This document shows, one piece after another, positions 18,772-25,722 of a DNA stretch of 64,000 nt. Origin of the DNA: Gemmatimonadales bacterium (GTDB lineage Bacteria > Gemmatimonadota > Gemmatimonadetes > Gemmatimonadales > GWC2-71-9); contig JANRIU010000048.1 in NCBI GenBank assembly GCA_033764615.1, positions 68,058-132,057 on the forward strand. The letters run 5' to 3'. The position numbers and the translations under genes were made by a program. Numbering within the stretch: position 1 is the first letter of the stretch; each line of letters begins with the position of its first letter. The notes under the pieces are model-generated. The model worked only from the letters and a program-made list of their open reading frames with translations. It did not search any database and was not told the DNA's origin.

Positions 18772-18906
18772 GCCTAACGTGTGCTTCTGCTGCAGCCGCT
18801 TCCAAAAAAGCAGTTGTGGGGCGGCCGCAGGGCGTCCCATAGAACAGTGCGGGCGCCCCACAACTGCATCGCTAGCTGCGGCTGTCGGCAGCAAGCGTCG
18901 TTATGG
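18772..18906 (-). other. attC-like imperfect palindrome (putative cassette recombination site) with embedded intrinsic terminator
   Basis: Minus strand reads CCATAAC-gac-GCTTGCTGCcgacAGCCGCagc..GCAGTTGTGGGGCG-N30-CGCCCCACAACTGC-TTTTTTGG..GCGGCTgcaGCAGCagAAGCac-ac-GTTAGGC. The outer arms pair with bulges, the inner stem is 14 bp perfect followed by T6, and the TAA stop of the upstream ORF lies inside the CCATAAC box. Confidence 0.45.
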
Positions 18907-19467
18907 CGCGCCCTTCTTGGCGCTCGTAGGCACGCGACTCGGAAACTCGTAGACGAACTTCAGAAGCATCTCGACGAATGTGATCAGTTCCTCGGATTCC
19001 GTTGAGCCCATTAACACCAGCTCGTGAGTGGCCTCATTCCCTTTTTGGCGGATATGGTCGACCCAAGCCTTGCCGTTCGGCGGAACAAAGCCGGCGGCAG
19101 CAAGATGCTCCACGTACTCGATGAACTTTAGGCCAGGTGCCGCGCCCTGAGCGACGGCGATGTGCATTAGCAGCTTACGAGCGAGGAGCACTGCGCCCGT
19201 GTGACAGTTGGATGCAGCGCTGGCTCTCGCCTCTTCATAGATCGCCGCAATGTCCTGCGGGAGATTCCGAACAGTTTCGCCGGTTCTAAAGCCGGGAATC
19301 TGCCCATGACCGGAGAAGTGACTCGGCGCACTGCAGTTCGGGCAGATGTAGATGCGAGAAGTACCGTGATCTGGATTGTACCAGCCTTGCCGCGATGCAA
19401 CCAACCGATCGCAATGGCCGCATGTGTACTCTCGCGGTCCGATATCTTGAAGATTGCCCCAACCCAT
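18901..19467 (-). CDS. zinc-ribbon + DUF4145 domain protein (putative integron cassette 1)
   Basis: N-terminal CGHC..(21)..CPNC. The C-terminal half (AVLLARKLLMHIA...VDHIRQKGNEATHE...EELITFVEMLLKFVYEFP) matches the DUF4145 pattern. GAGGTG lies 6 nt upstream of the ATG, 20 nt after a GTTATGG box. Confidence 0.8.
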   Translation of the reverse strand: MGWGNLQDIGPREYTCGHCDRLVASRQGWYNPDHGTSRIYICPNCSAPSHFSGHGQIPGFRTGETVRNLPQDIAAIYEEARASAASNCHTGAVLLARKLLMHIAVAQGAAPGLKFIEYVEHLAAAGFVPPNGKAWVDHIRQKGNEATHELVLMGSTESEELITFVEMLLKFVYEFPSRVPTSAKKGAP

Positions 19468-19487
19468 TTGTCACCTCGCGCGCGTCG

Positions 19488-19775
19488 CCATAACTACTCT
19501 TTGACTTCGACCACACTCACTCCCCTCTTACGAACCGAATAAACGCATAACCACCCGCCCGCTCAGCAGCTCGCAAACCACGATATCGCCAAGACTTGCA
19601 CCGCGCAACGTCCGCCCCGCGCTGCTGCTTAGGCCGCAAGACCCGCCCTTCGCAGTACGAACCGAATTAGACCGCTTAGGGGCCCTACGGTGGGGCGTAG
19701 AGCCAGACAGACGCGCCGCGGAAGCCGCTCGGGGCACCGGACACGGTGACGACGGCAAGCCAAGACGGCGGCAGA
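19488..19775 (-). repeat. conserved non-coding block, copy A (attI-like region between intI remnant and first cassette)
   Basis: Collinear with 63715..64000 at a constant offset of about 44,225 nt. Shared islands are GTTA(T/G)G, TTCGAC, CGAACCG(A/G)ATAA and ACGAACCGA(A/C)TTAGAC(C/G)GCTTAGGG. Confidence 0.7.
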
Positions 19776-19822
19776 CGCGGATCAGCGTCCCCGTCGCCGC
19801 GCCGAGCTCCGCGCCCATCGCC

Positions 19823-20041
19823 TCAGGGCGCGCTTCGCAGATCATCCCCGTCCCCGCCGCGCGCGCCGAGGCCCCCAAGCCGATCCATCGGCGACCGGAC
19901 GCCGCCGGCGCCCCGCTGCAGCACATGCGTGTACAGCATGGTGGTCGCCACGTCGCGGTGACCGAGCAGCTCCTGCACGCCCCGGATGTCGAACCCAACC
20001 TCCAGCAGGCGCGCGGCGAACGAACGCCGCCACGCGGCCAC
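19823..20041 (-). pseudogene. intI: integron integrase (IntI) C-terminal remnant
   Basis: ..[51 protein letters not shown] matches the IntI C-terminus (LRHSFATHLLE.GYDIRTVQELLGH.DV.TTMIYTHVL..GG.GVRSPLD), including the catalytic Tyr box and the IntI-typical GVRSP tail. About 270 N-terminal residues are missing, and the conserved His is Arg. Confidence 0.7.
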
Positions 20042-20425
20042 TACACCTTCCGCACGGGCGAGCCGTAGCGCGCCAACTCGGCGTCGGAGGTGAGCAGCGT
20101 GACGCCCTCCACGCGCGCCTGCGCCACGAGCATCCTGTCGAAGGGGTCGCGGTGCACCGCAGGCAGGAGCGCGACGGCCACGGCGTGCTGAGAGGTGACC
20201 GGAAGCTCGAGGTAGCCGTTGTCGAGCAACCCGCGACGGAGCACGCCGGCGTCCACCTGGAAATCATCCCGCCCGAGGGATGACTTGATGGCGACCTCCC
20301 GGATGCTGGCGGCACTGAACACGAGCTCGTGCTCCAGATCGGCCATGAGCGCCCGCCGCGCGCGAGATGCGCTCCGGCTCGCCAGCGGCCCACGAGATGT
20401 GCTGCGTCGGGAGGAGCAGCTTCAC
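20041..20425 (-). pseudogene. vapC: PIN-domain toxin VapC, frameshifted
   Basis: Track ORF 20041..20346 carries ..ELVFSAASIREVAIK...[16 protein letters not shown]...TLLTSD. The N-terminus (VKLLLPTQHISWAAGEPERISRAA) is in another frame starting at a GTG that overlaps the antitoxin TGA. The 385-nt span is not a multiple of 3. Confidence 0.7.
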
Positions 20426-20661
20426 GCCTTTACGCCGAACTGCGCGGCGATCTCGCGCTCACCCATGCGGTTGAAGTCCCGGGGAATCCGCAGCTCTCCC
20501 TGCAGGAAGCCAAGCCGGCGCGGCGCGGCAGGCGCATCGAGCGCCACGACCTTCACGAGCGGCTGCCCCGCCTTCGCGATGATGAAGCTCTCTCCCTTGG
20601 CGGCTCCGTCGACGAGCTTGGAGAGATGGATCTTGCCGAAGTGGATGTCGACCGTGCGCAT
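20422..20661 (-). CDS. Phd/YefM-family antitoxin
   Basis: MRTVDIHFGKIHLSKLVDGAAKGESFIIAKAGQPLVKVVAL....RRLGFLQGELRIPRDF. Start at the internal Met of track ORF 20422..20850. Confidence 0.75.
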   Translation of the reverse strand: MRTVDIHFGKIHLSKLVDGAAKGESFIIAKAGQPLVKVVALDAPAAPRRLGFLQGELRIPRDFNRMGEREIAAQFGVKA

Positions 20662-20778
20662 CGCGACCTCCCCAGGGGGCAGGCGGTCACCGGACCGCCA
20701 TGAACGAAGTCCCGCAAACTGTCTCCACAGCGCCGCTGGCGCCATGCGCGGTGCGCATGGACAGGCATGAAACGAAAC

Positions 20779-20805
20779 GGGCCCGGCACTCCCCGCGCCG
20801 GGCCC
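20779..20805 (-). terminator. hairpin terminator downstream of the feo operon
   Basis: GGGCCCGGC-N9-GCCGGGCCC is a perfect 9-bp stem. On the minus strand it is followed by GTTTCGTTTC. It lies 24 nt after the last feo-operon stop. Confidence 0.5.
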
Positions 20806-20828
20806 CTCCCCCACCGCTCCAGCGACGC

Positions 20829-20960
20829 TCAGTGCTCGCACCCCTGGCACCCCCCGCCAGCCCGCGCCGCCACGCGCGTCGCGCGCACCTGCCGCACCAC
20901 GCGGCGCACGAGCCAGCCGAGCGCGCCGAGCACGAGCGCCGCCACCACGAGCGTCTGCAT
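20829..20960 (-). CDS. FeoB-associated Cys-rich small membrane protein
   Basis: MQTLVVAALVLGALGWLVRRVVRQVRATRVAARAGGGCQGCEH is a single TM helix, a basic stretch and a terminal CxxC. Its ATG overlaps the feoB TGA by 1 nt. It is the last 43 codons of spurious track ORF 20829..22820. Confidence 0.6.
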   Translation of the reverse strand: MQTLVVAALVLGALGWLVRRVVRQVRATRVAARAGGGCQGCEH

Positions 20961-23131
20961 CACCCGGCTCCCGCGAAGCCGAGCGCGAGGCCGCCGCGGT
21001 ACACCAGCCACGCGGCCACCCACGCCAGCACCAGCATGTAGCCGAACTGGATCCCCGCCCAGCGCCAGCCGAGCCGCCCGCCGCCGGCCTCGCGCACGGT
21101 GATCGCCACGGTGCTGATGCACATCAGCGCATACACGTAGAACACCATCAGGCTCACCGCCACGAGCGGCGTGTACGCCGGCCGCCCGCTCACCGCCGAC
21201 CGCTCGCCCACCAGCCGCTCGCGCAGCGCGCGGTCGTCCTCGCTCCCCACGCCGTAGATCGTCCCCATCGTGCTCACGAACACCTCGCGCGCCGCGAAGC
21301 TCGCCGCGATCGAGACGCCGATCTTCCAGTCGTAGCCGAGCGGCCGCACCGCCGGCTCGATCGCCTTGCCGATGTGCCCCAGCGCCGAGTGCTCCAGCTG
21401 CCGCTCCTGGCGCGTCGCCTCCGGCAGCGACGGGTCGTCCGGCAGCCGCGGATAGGTCGCCAGCGCCCACAGCACGATGGAGATCGCGAGGATCACGGTC
21501 CCCGCGCGCTGCAGGAAGAGCCGGCACCGCTGCGCCACCGACACGCCGAGCGAGCGCATCCCCGGCCACCGGTACGGCGGCAGCTCCAGGATCATCGGCC
21601 GCGCGGGCCCGCGCAGCAGGGTGCGCTTGAACAGCGCCGCCACGCCGAACGCCGTCACCGTGCCGAGCAGGTACATGAGCAGCATCACCGCGCCCTGCAG
21701 CCCGAGCCCCGGCACCAGCGCCGTCGCGGGGACGAACGCGCCGATGAGCAGCGTGTAGACCGGCAGACGCGCCGAGCAGCTCATGAGCGGCACCACCATG
21801 ATGGTGGCCAGCCGGTCCTTCGGGTCGCTGATCGTCCGCGTCGCCATGATCCCCGGCACCGCGCACGCGTACCCCGAGAGCATCGGGATGAAGCTCTGCC
21901 CGTGCAGCCCGACGCGCCGCATGATCCGGTCGACGAGGAACGCCGCGCGCGCCATGTACCCCGACTGCTCCAGCACGCCGATGAAGGCGAACAGGATCGC
22001 GATCTGCGGCAGGAAGACGACCACCGACCCGACGCCCGCGATGACGCCGTCCACCACGAGGCTCCGCAGCTCCCCCTCCGGCATCCGCGCGCCGATCCAC
22101 TCGCCCACGCGCGCCAGCACCCCCTCGATGCCGTCCATGATCGGCGTCGCCCACGTGAACACCGACTGGAAGACGACCGCCATGAGCAGCACGAAGCAGA
22201 GCGGCCCCCACACGCGGTGCAGCGCGATCGCGTCGATCCGGTCCGTCGCCGACGGCGCCACGCGCTCGCGCCGCTGCAGCACGCGCCCCGTCACCTGGCC
22301 GATCCACGCGTAGCGCGCATCGGCCTCGAGCCGCTCGGGGTTGTAGCCGGCCGCGCGCACCGCATCGACCGCGCCGCGCACGCCCGAGTCGAGCCCGGGC
22401 ACGCGCGCGAGGTGCACCTCGTGCCGCCGCACCGAGAGGAGGCGCAGCGCCTCCATCCGCGCCGCCCCCGCGGGGATGCCGTCCGCCTCGAGCACGCCGA
22501 CGAGCGGCGCGAGCGCGGCATCGACCGTCGGCGGCAGGCTGAAGCGCCGCACCGGCGCCGGCAGCGTGGCCGACGCGAAGAGCGCGCGCTTGAGCGCGTC
22601 GAGCCCCTCGCCCGTCTTCGCCACGGTCGGCACGACGGTGACGCCGAGCTCGTGGATCAGCTCGGGGACGTCGATGCGGATCCCCTCGTCGGCCGCCATG
22701 TCGACCTGGTTCAGCGCCACCACCACCGGCACGCCCAGCTCCATCACCTGGCTCGTGAGGAAGAGGTTCCGCTCGAGGTGCACCGCATCCACCACCACGA
22801 GCACCACGTCCGGGCGCCACCGGTCGCGGTCGCGCCCGAGCAGCACCTCGAGCGCGATCTGCTCGTCGGGCGACCCCGCCGAGAGCGAGTAGCTCCCCGG
22901 CAGGTCGAGCACCGCGACGCGCCGGCCGTCGTCCAGCCGGAACGCCCCCTCCACGCGCTCGACGGTCACGCCCGCGAAGTTGCCGACGCGCTGCCGCAGC
23001 CCCGTCAGGGCGTTGAAGAGCGTCGTCTTGCCGGTGTTGGGATTGCCGATGATCGCGACGCGGAGCGCCGGGGCCGTCGCCGCGGCATCCCCGGAGGCGG
23101 CGCCGGGCGCCGGGACGGGGACGGTGGTCAT
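20960..23131 (-). CDS. feoB: ferrous iron transporter FeoB
   Basis: N-terminal G-domain (GNPNTGKTTLFNALTG, DLPG, NQVD) plus a polytopic membrane domain. Confidence 0.92.
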   Translation of the reverse strand: MTTVPVPAPGAASGDAAATAPALRVAIIGNPNTGKTTLFNALTGLRQRVGNFAGVTVERVEGAFRLDDGRRVAVLDLPGSYSLSAGSPDEQIALEVLLGRDRDRWRPDVVLVVVDAVHLERNLFLTSQVMELGVPVVVALNQVDMAADEGIRIDVPELIHELGVTVVPTVAKTGEGLDALKRALFASATLPAPVRRFSLPPTVDAALAPLVGVLEADGIPAGAARMEALRLLSVRRHEVHLARVPGLDSGVRGAVDAVRAAGYNPERLEADARYAWIGQVTGRVLQRRERVAPSATDRIDAIALHRVWGPLCFVLLMAVVFQSVFTWATPIMDGIEGVLARVGEWIGARMPEGELRSLVVDGVIAGVGSVVVFLPQIAILFAFIGVLEQSGYMARAAFLVDRIMRRVGLHGQSFIPMLSGYACAVPGIMATRTISDPKDRLATIMVVPLMSCSARLPVYTLLIGAFVPATALVPGLGLQGAVMLLMYLLGTVTAFGVAALFKRTLLRGPARPMILELPPYRWPGMRSLGVSVAQRCRLFLQRAGTVILAISIVLWALATYPRLPDDPSLPEATRQERQLEHSALGHIGKAIEPAVRPLGYDWKIGVSIAASFAAREVFVSTMGTIYGVGSEDDRALRERLVGERSAVSGRPAYTPLVAVSLMVFYVYALMCISTVAITVREAGGGRLGWRWAGIQFGYMLVLAWVAAWLVYRGGLALGFAGAG

Positions 23132-23168
23132 CGGATGTGGGAGGGACCGCGCGTCCGGAGGGACGCGG

Positions 23169-23447
23169 TCAGGCGAGCGCGAGCGGCTGGACCGTGATCG
23201 TCGCCGTGAGCGGCGAGCCGAGCGCGAGGCGGGTGCCCCGCACGTTCACCACCATCGAGTGGCGCCGGTCGATCACCTCGATCGGCGCCCCCTCGCTCAC
23301 GCCCAGCGCGCGGAGCCGGCACGCCTCCTCGGAACCGCAACAGAGCGCCACGATCCGCGCGCGGATCCCGGGCTCGCACGCCGCGAGCGCACAGGTGGTC
23401 GCCGGATCGGGCTGGAACGTCGGCTGCGGCTTCAGGACAGTGGTCAC
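23169..23447 (-). CDS. feoA: FeoA family protein
   Basis: 92 aa, SH3-like FeoA pattern (RLRALGVSEGAPIEVI......V.VRGTRLALG), immediately upstream of feoB. Confidence 0.8.
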   Translation of the reverse strand: MTTVLKPQPTFQPDPATTCALAACEPGIRARIVALCCGSEEACRLRALGVSEGAPIEVIDRRHSMVVNVRGTRLALGSPLTATITVQPLALA

Positions 23448-23537
23448 GGTGTCAGCGGCGCCTTACGGTTGAGAATGCTTCTCAAGTCGTTTGTCTTCAC
23501 GATACTGCTTCCCTGCCGCCACGTCAATCCGATACAA

Positions 23538-24125
23538 CTAGTCGGGGTACGGATACTCGATGTACCCGGCGCACTCCCGCGCCAGCGCCTCGCCGTGCAG
23601 GCGCGCGACCACGGTGAGCGCCATGTCGATCCCCGCAGCCACCCCCGCCGAGAGGATGACGCGGCCGTTGTCGACGACTCGGCGGTCGCGATGGATGACG
23701 CTCGCCGGCGCCAGCGCCTCCAGCTCCTCGAACGCGCTGCCGTGCGTCGTCGCCGCGAGGCCGTCGAGCAGCCCCGCCTTCGCGAGCACCAGGGCGCCGG
23801 TGCAGACCGAGAGGAGCAGCTCGGCCTCGCGCTGCCGCGCCGCGACCCACGCCACCGCGCGCGCGTCGAGCACCAGCTGGCGCGTCCCCCGCCCGCCCGG
23901 CACGAGCAGCAGGTCGAGCGGCGGCGCGTCGTCCATGGTGACGTGCGGCGTGAAGAGGAAGTCGTGCCGCCCGCGCACCGGCTCGCGCGACGGTCCCACG
24001 AGGAGGACGCGGAAGAGGTCGAGCTCCTGGCGCCGCCCCGCCACGCTGAACACCTCGTACGGGCCGCAGACGTCCAGCACCTCCACCTCCTCGAAGACGA
24101 GGATGCCGACCGTGCGCGGCGCCAT
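23538..24125 (-). CDS. DJ-1/PfpI family protein
   Basis: LLLVPGG.G, nucleophile elbow SVCTGALVLA, ATTH.. Confidence 0.85.
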   Translation of the reverse strand: MAPRTVGILVFEEVEVLDVCGPYEVFSVAGRRQELDLFRVLLVGPSREPVRGRHDFLFTPHVTMDDAPPLDLLLVPGGRGTRQLVLDARAVAWVAARQREAELLLSVCTGALVLAKAGLLDGLAATTHGSAFEELEALAPASVIHRDRRVVDNGRVILSAGVAAGIDMALTVVARLHGEALARECAGYIEYPYPD

Positions 24126-24126
24126 G

Positions 24127-25161
24127 TCAGTCGCGCCGCCGGAGGAGGGTCCAGTAGAGCAGCAGCGCGGTGCACGCCACGAGCGTGAGCGCGATGGTCC
24201 AGAAGCCGTTCGCGGCCTCCGCGAGCGGGATGCCGCCGACGTTCATGCCGAAGAGACCCGCGACGAGGTTGATCGGCAGCGCGCTCACCGTCACGACGGT
24301 CAGCACGAAGAGGGTGCGGTTGGTCTGCTCGTCGACGAGCGCCGTCAGCTCCTCCTGCAGCAGCTTGACGCGCTCCACGAGCGCCGCCGAGTCCGCCACG
24401 GCGGTGTTGAACTCCTCGGCGGCGGCGCGCAGGTCGTGCAGGTCCTCCCCCGCGATCCACGCCGGCGGGCGGCTCAGCAGCCGGAAGAGCGCCGCCGGCT
24501 CGGGGGCGAGCAGGCGCTGGAGCCGCACCAGCACGCGCCGGAGCGCGCCGAGCTCGCGGCGGCTCGCGGAGGCGCGGTTGGCGAGGAGGCGGTCCTCGAT
24601 GGCGTCGACGCGCGAGGTGGACTGGCGGACGATCTGCACCAGCACGTCGGCCTGCGAGCGCAGCTGGTGGGCGAGCAGGTCGACCGACGAGCGGAACCGC
24701 TCGCCGCGCTTCACCGCGGCCCGCAGCTGGTCGACCGAGCGGAGCGGGCGGATGCGCGCCGTGACGAGGAACGACGGCCCGATGCAGAGGCAGACCGTGC
24801 TCACGTCCTCGGGGTCGAACGTGAAGTCGAAGGTGACGTCGTGCAGGACGGCGACGAGGCGGTCCTCGTCGCGCTCGACGCGCGTGGCGCCGAGCGGCTC
24901 GGAGAGCGAGTCGTAGAACGCGTCGGGGAGCTCGAGCGCCCGGCGGAGCCACCGCTCCGACGCGGCGTTGGCGAGCGAGAAGTGGAGCCAGGCGAACTGG
25001 CCGCGCGCGATGGCTGCGGGATCGGTGAGCGCCTGCGCGGCGTCGCCGCACTCGGTGGGGCGCCCGGGCTCGTCGGGCTCGAAGCGGTACCCCCACACGA
25101 GCCCGTCCCGGTCCGAGCCGTAGGAGGCGTCGGTCTCGAGGCGGGTCTCCGGGGCGGCCAT
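24127..25161 (-). CDS. CorA/ZntB-family divalent cation transporter
   Basis: C-terminal two TM helices with the LFGMNVGGIP (GMN) signature. Confidence 0.85.
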   Translation of the reverse strand: MAAPETRLETDASYGSDRDGLVWGYRFEPDEPGRPTECGDAAQALTDPAAIARGQFAWLHFSLANAASERWLRRALELPDAFYDSLSEPLGATRVERDEDRLVAVLHDVTFDFTFDPEDVSTVCLCIGPSFLVTARIRPLRSVDQLRAAVKRGERFRSSVDLLAHQLRSQADVLVQIVRQSTSRVDAIEDRLLANRASASRRELGALRRVLVRLQRLLAPEPAALFRLLSRPPAWIAGEDLHDLRAAAEEFNTAVADSAALVERVKLLQEELTALVDEQTNRTLFVLTVVTVSALPINLVAGLFGMNVGGIPLAEAANGFWTIALTLVACTALLLYWTLLRRRD

Positions 25162-25198
25162 GGCGCAAAGTTCTCCTCGTCAGGCCCCGGGGGCAACG

Positions 25199-25669
25199 CT
25201 ACCGCGGCACCCTGGGCGCGGCGAGCGTGTCGGGGAAGGAGCCGGTGACGGCGATGCGCCATCCCTGCGGCGTCCGCACGAAGAAGCGCTCGGAGACGCC
25301 GGTGGCGGCCACGCCCTGGTTCACGCCGACGTAGCGGTACCGCCCGTACACGACGCCGGGCTGCAGCGGGTGCACCTCGAGCTCGTTGGCGACGAGCGTG
25401 TCGGGCCAGGCGTTGCTCGTCCGCGCGCCCCACCCCTCGAAGCCGCGCTCCACCACGCGGAGCCCCGTGCGCACGAGCTCGGTCGACTGGAGGTACGTGG
25501 CGAGGTAGCGCGCGCGGTCGCGCTTGTGGATGGCGTCGATGTTCTCGCGGAAGAGCGCGAGCGCCTCCGTCGAGTCGCGCCCGCGGTCCCAGCCCCGCCC
25601 CTGCGCCGCCAGCGCCGCCGGCGCGAGCCCCATCACCAGCACGACCATCCCTGCCGCTCGCGATGCCAT
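25199..25669 (-). CDS. secreted SnoaL-like/DUF4440 (NTF2-fold) protein
   Basis: Signal peptide MASRAAGMVVLVMGLAPAALAAQ. NTF2-like length and pattern. Lies in the tail of spurious track ORF 25199..27562. Confidence 0.55.
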   Translation of the reverse strand: MASRAAGMVVLVMGLAPAALAAQGRGWDRGRDSTEALALFRENIDAIHKRDRARYLATYLQSTELVRTGLRVVERGFEGWGARTSNAWPDTLVANELEVHPLQPGVVYGRYRYVGVNQGVAATGVSERFFVRTPQGWRIAVTGSFPDTLAAPRVPR

Positions 25670-25722
25670 CCGCCCCTCCCCCTGTCGACCGTTCCACCCT
25701 GCCCGCCGCCCCCCTGCCCGCC

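Noticed and set aside
19528-19998. 156-aa minus ORF (and 19842..20393, 183 aa) spanning the attI-like block and the integrase remnant
   Set aside because: The translations are low-complexity (Ser/Arg/Ala/Cys). They are in the wrong frame relative to the IntI-like and PIN-like signals, and they cross the conserved non-coding block.
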